DNA of 64,000 bases from a virus. The notes below the pieces were generated by a model. The model was not told where the DNA came from. It did no database searches and saw only the letters and a program-made list of their open reading frames with translations. Shown piece by piece: positions 38,552 to 48,562 of this stretch. The stretch spans positions 27,969-91,968 of IMG/VR virus record IMGVR_UViG_3300043449_002675; one strand, 5' to 3'. Each line of letters begins with the position of its first letter. Position 1 is the stretch's first letter. A program made the translations under genes and the position numbers.

Positions 38552-40339
38552 ATGAGCAGTGTTTGGAAAAAAAAGTATAAATCTTTGAAAGCTTATTATA
38601 AAGCTGAATATGATCAAGATTTCTATTACTTCGACAAAATGCAGCTGGAGATTGATCCAGATGAAACTGTCGATGAAGTTAGTTTGTACGATACTTACCA
38701 ACAGGCAGAAGAAATAGAAAAATGTGTTCAAAGTTTTCCCTATTTTTGTCACAAATATGTAAAGATTCTGCACCCAACTAAAGGTTTGATACCTTTTGTT
38801 ATGTATAAATATCAAGCCAGAAGTATAGAATTCTATCAAAAACATAGGTTTAATATTATTAGCAAGTTCCGACAGGGTGGTTTGACAACAGTTACTTTGC
38901 TTTATGGTTTATGGAAATGCATGTTTGAGCTTGACCAGCAGATAATGGCATTAAGCAAAACAGATAGAGAAGCCGTAGGCATCGGCATGATGGTGGATAG
39001 AGCTGTTGAACATATGCCTACTTGGATGAAACCAAAAAAAGATGGCAAATGGAATGATCACTTAAAACAATTCCCAGATACAGGTGGAGCATTACAGTTT
39101 TTCTCTCCTGAAGCTGCCCGTGGTAAATCAGTTACCTTCCTAATAATAGACGAAGCGGCGTTCATTCCAGATATGGAAAATCACTGGAAAGCTATGTGGC
39201 CGGTGTTGTCAACTGGTGGAAGTTGTGTGCTTGTTTCAACAGTAAATGGACTTGGTAACTGGTACGAAGAGACATACACAAACGCCAAAGACGGCAAAAA
39301 CATGTTCCATGTAATCGACTTGGATTACTGGGAACATCCTGATTATTCTCCAAAAAATAATCCCAACTGGGAAAAGGAACAAAGAAGCCAGCTTGGGGAA
39401 AAAGGCTTCCTACAGGAAGTTTTGCGTAGTTTCTTGGGGTCTGGCGACACCTACATACCAGCAGACAAAATTACCGCCATAGAACAACAAATAAGAAACA
39501 AATATCCTACAAAAAGACTTTTCCCACATTTTTGTAACAAAGATAATCCAGAAGAAAATGATTCAGAGTTCGAAAAAGGTTCTTTGTGGATTTGGCAAGA
39601 ACCAAAAGATGGTGCCGATTACATTCTTGGTGTAGACTGCGCTGAAGGTATCGGATCACATGGCGATAATTCCTGCATACAAGTTATAAATTCAAATACT
39701 TTAGAACAAGTCGGTGAATTTTACAGCAATAGCATTCAACCACATGATTTTTCCCACATAGTGCATGAATTGGCTACAGCCTACAACTCAGCCATGGTAA
39801 TTGTAGAAGATATGTCAAGTGGCGGCATAGTTTTGGATATGTTGTTTAGAGAATTATCTTACGAAAATTTATTTTATCCCCCAAAATTTACCAAAAATGT
39901 AAAGCCCGGCATAAAGATGTCTGTAAATACTAGACCTATAGTATTGCAAGGTTTTCAAAGCAGAATATTAAACGGAGCCTTGATTGTTAACAGCCGTAGA
40001 TTGATAAATGAAATGAAAACATTTGAGTACAATAGTGGTACTAAAAAAGCCGAGGCTGCCAAGGGCAAACATGATGATGCCATAATTGCCATGGCCTTGG
40101 CTCTGTATGCCAGAGATCAAAGTATAAGAGATATTCCCTTGGGAATGACTGCGGGAGAATCACAAACTAAGACGCAAGCAAACGTGGCAGATATTCGTGC
40201 CGAATTAAGGAAAGGACTTAGGGAATCTATAATTGAAAAAGTCTTGAAAAAAGAAAAAACGGTCGAAGACTTGGAAAACGAAAACTTGTTGAAAATGTAC
40301 AGAAAACAAAATGCACTTTTAAAGGACTTTGGTTGGTAA
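38552..40339 (+). CDS. Terminase large subunit (T4 gp17-like)
   Basis: YVKILHP; KFRQGG; LIIDEAAF Walker B; VSTVNG; GVDCAEG; HDDAIIA nuclease motif. Confidence 0.95.
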   Translation: MSSVWKKKYKSLKAYYKAEYDQDFYYFDKMQLEIDPDETVDEVSLYDTYQQAEEIEKCVQSFPYFCHKYVKILHPTKGLIPFVMYKYQARSIEFYQKHRFNIISKFRQGGLTTVTLLYGLWKCMFELDQQIMALSKTDREAVGIGMMVDRAVEHMPTWMKPKKDGKWNDHLKQFPDTGGALQFFSPEAARGKSVTFLIIDEAAFIPDMENHWKAMWPVLSTGGSCVLVSTVNGLGNWYEETYTNAKDGKNMFHVIDLDYWEHPDYSPKNNPNWEKEQRSQLGEKGFLQEVLRSFLGSGDTYIPADKITAIEQQIRNKYPTKRLFPHFCNKDNPEENDSEFEKGSLWIWQEPKDGADYILGVDCAEGIGSHGDNSCIQVINSNTLEQVGEFYSNSIQPHDFSHIVHELATAYNSAMVIVEDMSSGGIVLDMLFRELSYENLFYPPKFTKNVKPGIKMSVNTRPIVLQGFQSRILNGALIVNSRRLINEMKTFEYNSGTKKAEAAKGKHDDAIIAMALALYARDQSIRDIPLGMTAGESQTKTQANVADIRAELRKGLRESIIEKVLKKEKTVEDLENENLLKMYRKQNALLKDFGW

Positions 40340-40352
40340 ATTAGGACTATTA

Positions 40353-40360
40353 TATAAATA
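40353..40360 (+). promoter_or_regulatory. T4-type late promoter TATAAATA
   Basis: Exact consensus 5 nt before ATG 40366, which would give a leaderless or near-leaderless mRNA. Confidence 0.55.
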
Positions 40361-40365
40361 GAGAT

Positions 40366-41154
40366 ATGCACAAGCCAATTATTACAGCTGATCTTTCTGC
40401 CTATCATGATGCCATGGCTCTGAGCCTTCATGACGATGAATGGTTTTCGGCTGCATTGAAAAATAAAGAAAATCTCTATGAGATCACAAAACATATAACT
40501 AAAGAAAATACCGAAGTAGCTGTAAACAAATTTCTTTCTAGCAAAAATATAGGCGAAATATTAAAATATAAAAAAGTGTCCATGATAGATGAGACAGCTA
40601 TGAATATACTACTAGATACTAAATCTATAGATAGCAAAAAATCTATTATTGATGCAATTAGCAAAAAGACAGAACACAATTGTGCAGTAACAGTATCTCT
40701 TTTAAGTGAATACTGCGACAAAACTAGAGATTTGTTCGATGCGCAAGTAACACCTTTTCCTGAAAATATCGAAGATACTTTTGCTCCTATAAAGAAGTTC
40801 AAAATTAATGTTGGCGAAAAACATTTAATAGTTGCTTTAGAGACCAACAGGCTGGTCACAGACAATACTGAACATGTAAATTCTATAAATGAATATTTTC
40901 TTGATAGAGCAAAAAGTAAAAACATATGCAGAGGTTATTTTTGTTTGGAAAATGAGCAGGAAGTTGCAAACCTGAGGAACAGACTTTTGTATTTCAAAGA
41001 AGTAAAGCTACCCATGGCTTTCGCCAACACAAAAGAAGGTGATTATAAAGTAATCTACAGAGAAAATCAGATATGCCATTTGGGAACCTATGATTTTACT
41101 ATAGATGGCGGATATTTGAAGGTTTTACATATTGAGAAGTCGGGTGACTCATGA
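40366..41154 (+). CDS. Hypothetical protein
   Basis: Intact ORF downstream of terminase. Confidence 0.6.
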   Translation: MHKPIITADLSAYHDAMALSLHDDEWFSAALKNKENLYEITKHITKENTEVAVNKFLSSKNIGEILKYKKVSMIDETAMNILLDTKSIDSKKSIIDAISKKTEHNCAVTVSLLSEYCDKTRDLFDAQVTPFPENIEDTFAPIKKFKINVGEKHLIVALETNRLVTDNTEHVNSINEYFLDRAKSKNICRGYFCLENEQEVANLRNRLLYFKEVKLPMAFANTKEGDYKVIYRENQICHLGTYDFTIDGGYLKVLHIEKSGDS

Positions 41155-41492
41155 ATACCAGTGAAGCAAAACTTTTAAACATACGCAAAACTCTAGAAAA
41201 TTGTCTTCGTGAATTGCCAGATCAATTTGCTTTAGTAGAAGTCAAAACAAATCTTAGTAAAACTGTGGAGTCCATAAAAAACATACAAAACAAACGTAAA
41301 AAAAGAAAAATACAAGAATTACAGAATGAAAACACCAAGAAGATGGGATTTTTATCAATAGACGATGCCAAACGAGCTTTAGAAATTCTTGACAGCATGA
41401 TGAAAGATGAGCAAAAAGTTATAGACTCTGCAAACAGTCAGAATAACCAAGATGGCGGTCAAGACTTCACAGGCGGAATGTTATTAGGTTAG
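41151..41492 (+). CDS. Hypothetical helical protein
   Basis: Coupled ORF (ATGA overlap). Confidence 0.6.
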   Translation: MNTSEAKLLNIRKTLENCLRELPDQFALVEVKTNLSKTVESIKNIQNKRKKRKIQELQNENTKKMGFLSIDDAKRALEILDSMMKDEQKVIDSANSQNNQDGGQDFTGGMLLG

Positions 41493-41975
41493 TGCAAATT
41501 TATACTGAGGCGGCACACCAACAAAATCGGCTACACTTATTAATTTTTTTTGCAAATTTATAAAATCATCGTCTAAAATAATATTGTCTTTGTTCCTTCG
41601 CAACACTTGTTTTATAAAGGCTTTGCGGCGCTCTAAGTAATCATAAGCACAATCTTTGTGTATAAGTCCGCTGCTTTTAATTCTGGCTAGGGCTACCTGA
41701 TCATCATCATTTCTTAAATATATTATTTTAGAAAAATCGAGAGTATCTTTAAGACCAGTTTGCCAATTATGGACCAAAATGTCAAAAAATCTTGAAAACC
41801 TTTGTTTGCCATTTTTCTTCTCTAAAGCTATCTGTCTGTTGTAGTATACATGGTTAGAATTATATATATAATCAGATATTAAAAAGGGATTGCTTCGCAT
41901 GAGTTGGTCCCATACGGTTATATTACATCCTAAGTGACTGAGAATAAAAAAATATTGCATATCTATAGTAGGCAA
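41484..41975 (-). CDS. Hypothetical protein (weak sulfotransferase-like layout)
   Basis: FFILSHLGC...KIIYLRN...VADFVGV; catalytic motifs not clearly conserved. Confidence 0.35.
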   Translation of the reverse strand: MPTIDMQYFFILSHLGCNITVWDQLMRSNPFLISDYIYNSNHVYYNRQIALEKKNGKQRFSRFFDILVHNWQTGLKDTLDFSKIIYLRNDDDQVALARIKSSGLIHKDCAYDYLERRKAFIKQVLRRNKDNIILDDDFINLQKKLISVADFVGVPPQYKFALT

Positions 41976-42009
41976 ACTACATAAAATATACTAGTAGAGG
42001 TTTTCAGAT

Positions 42010-44556
42010 ATGGCAACGCCGATTTGGGCAGACTTTTTTAAAACATGGGATTTTGCATTCGCAAGGGATCCTGTTTCAAGGTCTATTGACCCGAAAGACC
42101 TTGTTGGCGCAGGTATTGGACAGCCAGATGCGATTCCAACATTAAATCCAGACGGAAGCTTTTGGAGCAATTCTGACTCTAGGCTAATTAGATTACGTGA
42201 AACTAATGATTTTATCGATCTTTCAACAGTTTCAAATAGACAAAGCAGATACAAGGAATATGAAAGACTAAGAACAATACCGGAAATTGAGTGTGCCCTA
42301 AATGTTTTTTCAGATGAAGCATGCTTGTCTGGAAAAACTCCTGTAGCAACACCATTTGGTTTTATTCCTATTGAAAAGCTTGCTACAACACATAAAAGCG
42401 ATAAATTTTTAGTATATTGCTACGACTTCACTAAAAAAGATTACGCTCTGGGCTGGGCTCATAGTCCTAGAAAAACCAAAACAGCCGAAACCGTTAATGT
42501 AGTTTTAGATAACGGCAAAGATTTGCAATGCACCCCAGATCATAGAATTTTGATGAGAGATGGCACTTGGAAATATGCCGGTGACTTGAAGGAAGGCGAT
42601 TTATTAATGCCTTTTTACAGGAACCCAGTAAATCAATTTGCAAACAATTTGCCTAGTAAACAATATCCAAGAATATTTACTTTTACCCATGGATGGATAC
42701 ATGAGAGACACTTTGTCGATAGTTGGAGAACTGGTAAAGTTGACAAAAAAATGGAGAGAATTGCTCTCTACGGAAGATTACTTGCACAAGATCTAAATAT
42801 GAATCAAATCGCACAACAAGCGGATTGCGATTGGAAAACTGTGAAAAACAGATTGCGTTCTGAGGGCCACACAGTAGATGAACTTAGATGGCTGGCAAGG
42901 CACAAAGATCACAGGAGAGTATTGGGTGTTTTTAAAGGCGAAGTTCAAGATGTTTATGACTTAACAGTTGAAGAGCACCATAATTTCGCAACAGATTCAA
43001 CAATAGTTCATAATTGCCAGAAAGACAGCGATGGGAATGTTGTACAGGTGCATTGTGCGGATGAAGATGTGAAAATGGAGATAGAATTCCTGTTTTTGCA
43101 CAGGAATATGATCAATCTAAACAGAAGAATTTGGTCTGATTTCAAGAGCATGTTGCTGTATGGGGATTTGTTTTATGAGTTAGTAATAAACTTGGATGAT
43201 CCCAAAGAAGGTGTCATGAAGATCACTCGCCTTCCTCCTGAATCCATGTACAGAATTGAAACAACAAAGGGAAGAGTCGTTGAATTTCAACAATCTAAAG
43301 AAGGCCCTGATTATCAGTCATTGACTAAAGCTCCAGTTGTACATGCCACAGATCAAGAAATCGCTATGGCTACAGCCATACGATTCAGTCCTGAACAAGT
43401 GGTACACGCCCGCTTGGGTGATGACAGGAGAACATTCTACCCTTATGGTGTGAGCATAGTAGAGCCAGCCAGAGGGCCTGCCAATCAATTAAGACTCATG
43501 GAAGACTCAATGTTGGTTTATAGACTTGCAAGAAGTCCGGAAAGAAGAGTGTTTTATATTGATGTTGGTCAGTTGCCTCCTTTTAAAGCAGAGGCTTTCG
43601 TAGAAAGATTGAAAGATCAATTCCGCAAAAAGAAAGTAAGTCATCACCAAGGGCAAGCCGGCGGTTATAACCCTAATGCAGTTGATGAAAAGTACCACGC
43701 CCCCGCTGTAGATGAAGATTTCTGGCTGCCTATCAGACCAAATTCCAATACTAAAATTGAAACTTTGCCCGGTGCCCAAAACTTGGGAGAAATTGACGAT
43801 GCAATCTATTTCAGAAATAGGTTATTCACAGCACTACAGTTCCCAAAAAATTACATGAATACAGAAGACCCTCAGCAAACTAAGGTTACTTTAAGTAGCC
43901 AAGATGTTAGAGTGGCAAGGCTTATTGAAAGATTCCAAGCTCCTTACGAAGACATTTTGTGGGAAATAGCTGATAGACATTTGAAACTGAGAGGTTTTCC
44001 AACTGAAACCTATGAAGATTTAAAAATCAAAATGACACAGCCTTCTGAGTGGCGTGAATTAAGCCGTGCAGAGGTTGTTAATGCCAGAATACAAAATGCA
44101 ACTTCTCTTAAGGGCTCTGCTATTTTATCAGATTATGATATATTGACTGGCTGGATGAAATATAGTGAAGAACAAGCCAAAGTATTGACAGCACGTATGA
44201 AAATGCAGAAAATTGAAGATGCCAAATTGCAAGTTCTATCACAAAATCCTGCGCTTCTTGGTGTTGGCATTCCTAGTGACCAAGAAAATCAAGAAAACAA
44301 AATTGGCGCTACGCCCGAAGGCCCGAACAATGAACTTACGCCTGAAGGCTTGCCTAGCACTCCAGAACAACCTGCTGGTGGTGAATTGGGTGGTGAGCAA
44401 CCTCCAGAAAATGCCAAATCAGAACCCTCTGCTGGCTCTCAAAGCACAACAACGCTTCAACAGCCCACTGAAGAGGATTTGGTCAAGTATGATATTGAAA
44501 TACAGAATTACGCCAGCGAAGAAGACATGGAACCGCCGGATTACAGCGAATATTAA
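42010..44556 (+). CDS. Portal protein (T4 gp20-like) with an intein
   Basis: EDSMLVYRLARSPERRVFYIDVGQLP..KAE; EDFWLPIR; TLPGAQNLGEIDD. Confidence 0.95.
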   Translation: MATPIWADFFKTWDFAFARDPVSRSIDPKDLVGAGIGQPDAIPTLNPDGSFWSNSDSRLIRLRETNDFIDLSTVSNRQSRYKEYERLRTIPEIECALNVFSDEACLSGKTPVATPFGFIPIEKLATTHKSDKFLVYCYDFTKKDYALGWAHSPRKTKTAETVNVVLDNGKDLQCTPDHRILMRDGTWKYAGDLKEGDLLMPFYRNPVNQFANNLPSKQYPRIFTFTHGWIHERHFVDSWRTGKVDKKMERIALYGRLLAQDLNMNQIAQQADCDWKTVKNRLRSEGHTVDELRWLARHKDHRRVLGVFKGEVQDVYDLTVEEHHNFATDSTIVHNCQKDSDGNVVQVHCADEDVKMEIEFLFLHRNMINLNRRIWSDFKSMLLYGDLFYELVINLDDPKEGVMKITRLPPESMYRIETTKGRVVEFQQSKEGPDYQSLTKAPVVHATDQEIAMATAIRFSPEQVVHARLGDDRRTFYPYGVSIVEPARGPANQLRLMEDSMLVYRLARSPERRVFYIDVGQLPPFKAEAFVERLKDQFRKKKVSHHQGQAGGYNPNAVDEKYHAPAVDEDFWLPIRPNSNTKIETLPGAQNLGEIDDAIYFRNRLFTALQFPKNYMNTEDPQQTKVTLSSQDVRVARLIERFQAPYEDILWEIADRHLKLRGFPTETYEDLKIKMTQPSEWRELSRAEVVNARIQNATSLKGSAILSDYDILTGWMKYSEEQAKVLTARMKMQKIEDAKLQVLSQNPALLGVGIPSDQENQENKIGATPEGPNNELTPEGLPSTPEQPAGGELGGEQPPENAKSEPSAGSQSTTTLQQPTEEDLVKYDIEIQNYASEEDMEPPDYSEY
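42322..43014 (+). mobile_element. Intein in portal (231 aa)
   Basis: DEA|CLSGKTPV... block A; CTPDHRI block B; DVYDLTVEEHHNF..VHN|C blocks F/G. Confidence 0.92.
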
Positions 44557-44942
44557 TTGTAATAACTGTTATTAGTTGCGCCGTTTTGGTTTGGATTTGG
44601 CGAATTGATGATCTGATTTTCGCCATCGATATATCCAAGTCCTTTGGTTATGGGATTCTGGAAAAAGTTTTTGACCCTATCAACCATATTTTGTGCAGTT
44701 TGTTGCTCGTAATTACTTGTGGCATTGCTTATCACGAAATCTGCACATTTAACAAAACCATTTTTGTTTCCAAGCATACTGTTAAACATTTCAATCATTT
44801 GATTTCTGATAATTCTTCTGTCTTCGGCATCCAAACTACCGAACATTTTTAGAATTTCCTCCTTGTTAGAAGCAGGATAATCCTTAGCTTTAAAGTCGCC
44901 TAAGTCTTGTTTTTGTTCAATAAAGTCGGAAAATTTTTTCAT
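44553..44942 (-). CDS. Putative internal head protein (CTS-like N-terminus)
   Basis: MKKFSDFIEQK. Confidence 0.5.
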   Translation of the reverse strand: MKKFSDFIEQKQDLGDFKAKDYPASNKEEILKMFGSLDAEDRRIIRNQMIEMFNSMLGNKNGFVKCADFVISNATSNYEQQTAQNMVDRVKNFFQNPITKGLGYIDGENQIINSPNPNQNGATNNSYYN

Positions 44943-45091
44943 ATGCCACCAATAATTGCGATCTTCTGCATAGATAAATGGTTAGTTGGATGTATTTTTT
45001 CTTTGTACATCAAGATAAACAAAGAATTACCTCCTTTAATATATAACGATGGGATAGTTATATTAAAAAAAATCTTTTAAGGAGATTTGGC

Positions 45092-46954
45092 ATGAAAAAG
45101 AAATTTGTAGATTTCCAGACATATAGAGACATTGAAAAAGGCTCCTTAACTTCTGTTGAGAGAGAATTAATTGAAGCCGCCGAGTTGGTAGGCAGAGCCT
45201 GTGGCGATGACAACGTTCAGTTTTATTGCATGACTGAAGACACCGCTACTTTTGTAAACAGTGACGGCAATTTTATTCAGGCAAACTTCACAGTTGAGTC
45301 TGACAAGATTTTGCTTGAGAACATTCAGGAGCTTGTAGTTGAGCAGAACAATTTAGAAAATGCTCGCAAGTCTGTTGTTGCATCTATGGTTGATCAGATT
45401 CTTGAAGACAACCTTTCTGCAGCAAATGACCATTTCTCTGAGTATTTCGCAACTCCCGTCGTAAAAGCATCTCTCCGTGAGGGCGTAATTACCGAATCAA
45501 AGAAGGATGGAAAGAAAAAGAAGAAGAAGGGCATGCCAGAAGGACTTAAAAAGTATCTTGAAAAGCATGGTTCACCTTTGCACAAGGGCAAGACCAGCAA
45601 AAAAGACAAGAGAGATATGAAGAAGGGCACACTTGACCACAAGAGACTAAAAGATGTCGCCAAGAAAGCCGGCGATCACAAGGTCAAAGAGTGGGCCAGC
45701 ATCGCCAAGAACATCTTGGAATTTGTTGATTTCCGCACAAATGGCGATCTTTACCAGAGCGTTCGCACGCAGCGTGATGGCAAAGGAAACATTACAGGTC
45801 TAAGCGTCCCACGCACAAGTGTACGCAATGAAGGCAAGGTTCTTATGCTTCAGTATAAGGACATGGCTAATATCATTGATGGACGTTACAAGACTCTATG
45901 CGAGAGCTTTTCTCAGCAGCCCACTTGGATTAAGGCTGTTGTTGACATGCGTCGTTACAACGCCATGTCCAGCAACGAAGACCTCCAACAGTGCTTCGAA
46001 AACGTTGTTGCTGCTTGGCCAGCTTTGATTTACCTCCGTCGTGAGGAAGTTGCTGACAAGATCAATGAAGCTTTAAGCCTATCTGGCGTTAAGAACTTCA
46101 GCGATGAAACATGCGCCTTCTTAGCTGATGGCGTTGTTCGCACAGCCCACAAAACATACACCGACAAGGTCGGCAAGATCTTCAATATCGCTGGTAAAGC
46201 AGCTGATCTAGATGATTTTGACGCTTTCGCAAATGTTGCCGAAGCAGTATTTGCCAAGGCTGATGAAACAGCCCGCAGCGAAAAGCAAGTATTCAAGGAT
46301 CTATATCGTTCCTTGAGCGAAGTATACAACATTTCCCGTCGCACAGGCGATGAAGCTACCTGCGTTGAGGTTGCCAGCCTAATTCATGAGTGCGAAACTG
46401 TTCTCAAGAACGAATCAAAACCTAGCTTGTTGGTTGCTGAAGATCTAGCACTTTACCTAGAAGCAGCCACACAATCTCTTGATTTTGATGGTGCCCCGTG
46501 GACCGTTATGGCTCCAGTAATCAGCCTAAACGGCGACAATCCTTTCATTCACAAATACGGACCTATGAACGGCGCTCCCGGCGACCACACCGGTCCTTAC
46601 AAACTCAGCCCATCCTCCGATGGTCACTCTGTAAAGGTAGACCTAGGAGACATGGAATACTACACAGGCATGAAAGGCAACGACTTGAATCCTCAGGTTC
46701 GCAATCCTTATGTTCCACAAGCCGGCGACTTTGTTATCAAAGGCGCAACTCCTATTGCCTCCGATAAGGACGAACTAGGAACCTTCGGCGACAAGGATAC
46801 ATGGCCTGCTCTAAGCAATCCTTATATTCCCGGTCAGGAAATGACTTTGGGTGACAGCTTCAAACTAATCGATCCAAGCAATGCTTATACCTATTACAAG
46901 AAGCACGACAGCGGAATGGTAAAACATCACGACGTTCTAGCGGACGGCGAGTAA
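45092..46954 (+). CDS. Prohead core-associated protein (putative)
   Basis: Directly upstream of gp21; AAGGAG SD; many (L/I)xE sites; internal Lys-rich patch; codon bias like the capsid genes. Confidence 0.55.
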   Translation: MKKKFVDFQTYRDIEKGSLTSVERELIEAAELVGRACGDDNVQFYCMTEDTATFVNSDGNFIQANFTVESDKILLENIQELVVEQNNLENARKSVVASMVDQILEDNLSAANDHFSEYFATPVVKASLREGVITESKKDGKKKKKKGMPEGLKKYLEKHGSPLHKGKTSKKDKRDMKKGTLDHKRLKDVAKKAGDHKVKEWASIAKNILEFVDFRTNGDLYQSVRTQRDGKGNITGLSVPRTSVRNEGKVLMLQYKDMANIIDGRYKTLCESFSQQPTWIKAVVDMRRYNAMSSNEDLQQCFENVVAAWPALIYLRREEVADKINEALSLSGVKNFSDETCAFLADGVVRTAHKTYTDKVGKIFNIAGKAADLDDFDAFANVAEAVFAKADETARSEKQVFKDLYRSLSEVYNISRRTGDEATCVEVASLIHECETVLKNESKPSLLVAEDLALYLEAATQSLDFDGAPWTVMAPVISLNGDNPFIHKYGPMNGAPGDHTGPYKLSPSSDGHSVKVDLGDMEYYTGMKGNDLNPQVRNPYVPQAGDFVIKGATPIASDKDELGTFGDKDTWPALSNPYIPGQEMTLGDSFKLIDPSNAYTYYKKHDSGMVKHHDVLADGE

Positions 46955-46967
46955 TTAAAGGAGATAC

Positions 46968-47639
46968 ATGAACCAGTACCTACTTATTGACTGCTGTACG
47001 CATGGAGGCATTGAGCTTTCCATGAACGAGTCCTCCGAAAGGGGACTGACTAAGTTTCGTGGGAAATTCCAAGAAGCGGAGGCTGTCAACAAAAACAAAC
47101 GCATGTATAGCTACAGCGTACTTGACGAGAATGTAAAGAAATTGAATGAATGTGTAAAAGCAAGAGGTCTTGTGGGTGAGTTAGATCATCCAGAAGATAG
47201 CATTATTCATTTTGAAAAAGCATCACACGTTATTACTAAGTTATGGTGGGAAGGCAATGTCCTCATGGGAGAAGGAGAAATCCTAAACACTCCACATGGC
47301 AAGATATTAAGAGCCCTTATTAACGACGGAGTACGTGTTGGTGTTTCTAGCCGTGGCGTAGGCAACGGCAAGACAAATGAAAATGGTATTCTTGTCATTG
47401 ATGAATCATATAAACTCATCACGTTTGATGTAGTTGCTGATCCATCAACGTTTGCCGCTTTTCAGAAGAAGGTAGGCACAACCAAGGAGAATCAGGAGTA
47501 TTCTCCAGCGGTTTATGATAAATCCCAGAAAAAAAATGAGACCAGAAGCATACATAATGTTAATAAAGATGCTCTGATAGCATGTCTGGGCGGGTTTGTA
47601 AGAGAACAAACTAACAACATAAAAATGAGGTTAGGATAA
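46968..47639 (+). CDS. Prohead protease (T4 gp21-like)
   Basis: NKNKRMY; GELDHP; ILNTPHG; GVSSRGVG; FDVVADPS. Confidence 0.95.
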   Translation: MNQYLLIDCCTHGGIELSMNESSERGLTKFRGKFQEAEAVNKNKRMYSYSVLDENVKKLNECVKARGLVGELDHPEDSIIHFEKASHVITKLWWEGNVLMGEGEILNTPHGKILRALINDGVRVGVSSRGVGNGKTNENGILVIDESYKLITFDVVADPSTFAAFQKKVGTTKENQEYSPAVYDKSQKKNETRSIHNVNKDALIACLGGFVREQTNNIKMRLG

Positions 47640-48544
47640 TGGAACATAAAATCGTTGAATCATTAAAAAAGCTTCTGCCTGAAGAGCAAGTTAACGAAGT
47701 AGCCTCGGCTGTTTCCGAAATGCTAGCGGAAGCTACTGAGAGACTTGAGCAAGAGTACAACAACAATCTTGAAGAGGCTTACTCTCAGCTATCGTCTGAA
47801 TTGGCTACTGCCGAGAAGACAGCTTATAAAGGATACCAAGAGGCTTACGAGATCATCAACGACTTAAATGCCCGCTTGGCTATTCAGAAGGAAGAATTCG
47901 AGCAAACACTCGAAGAAGGCTACGAAGAAGCATATCAGATGCTTTTGTCAGAGCGCAACAGCAAGGGCAAAGTCGAAGTTGACCTCTACGAGGAATACGA
48001 CGCTAAGCTCGCTGAAATGAAAAACTACATCGTTGAGAAGGTCGATCAGTTCCTTCAGCTCAAGGGTGGAGAGATTTACGAGCAGGCTCGTCATGACCTA
48101 ATGAACGACCCCCGCATCGTAGAGCACAAAGTCGCCCTTGACAAGATTGTCAACATTACAAGCAACTATCTATCCGACGAGGAGAAGACCTTCGCTACTT
48201 CTAGCAAGCTAGATGAAGCCATGAAGAGGGTTGATGAACTCAAGGGACAGCTACGCATGCTTGAAGCACGCAACATTCGTCTCTCAACCGATAACACTCG
48301 TTTGACCGAGTCTGTACGCAAAACCCAGAATGTCCTAACAGAGAGCCGCAAGGCTTCCCCTGTTGAGAACAAGAGGGCTAAGTTGATTACAGAGCAGAAA
48401 GAAAGAGCACAGAAAGTAAAGAACGCAAGCGGGAGAGGACATATTGACACCGAAAACGTCCAAGTTATTGCGGAATATAACAATGGCGGCGGTGAAGTAA
48501 ACGAGCTACTTATTCTATCAGGCGTTAAGAAGAATAAGAATTAA
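47639..48544 (+). CDS. Prohead scaffold / core protein (gp22-like)
   Basis: Glu-rich coiled coil between protease and MCP; LTES, ITEQ, IAEY sites. Confidence 0.75.
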   Translation: MEHKIVESLKKLLPEEQVNEVASAVSEMLAEATERLEQEYNNNLEEAYSQLSSELATAEKTAYKGYQEAYEIINDLNARLAIQKEEFEQTLEEGYEEAYQMLLSERNSKGKVEVDLYEEYDAKLAEMKNYIVEKVDQFLQLKGGEIYEQARHDLMNDPRIVEHKVALDKIVNITSNYLSDEEKTFATSSKLDEAMKRVDELKGQLRMLEARNIRLSTDNTRLTESVRKTQNVLTESRKASPVENKRAKLITEQKERAQKVKNASGRGHIDTENVQVIAEYNNGGGEVNELLILSGVKKNKN

Positions 48545-48562
48545 TCTTAATAGGAGTATTAC

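Noticed and set aside
38860-38895. Terminase Walker A lacking the usual Lys (RQGGLTT) as a sign of inactivation
   Set aside because: Variants with an upstream Lys (K.RQ.G.(S/T)T) are common in gp17-like terminases; all other motifs are intact
40366-41154. FliM/CheC-like resemblance
   Set aside because: Impression only; no diagnostic motif could be identified
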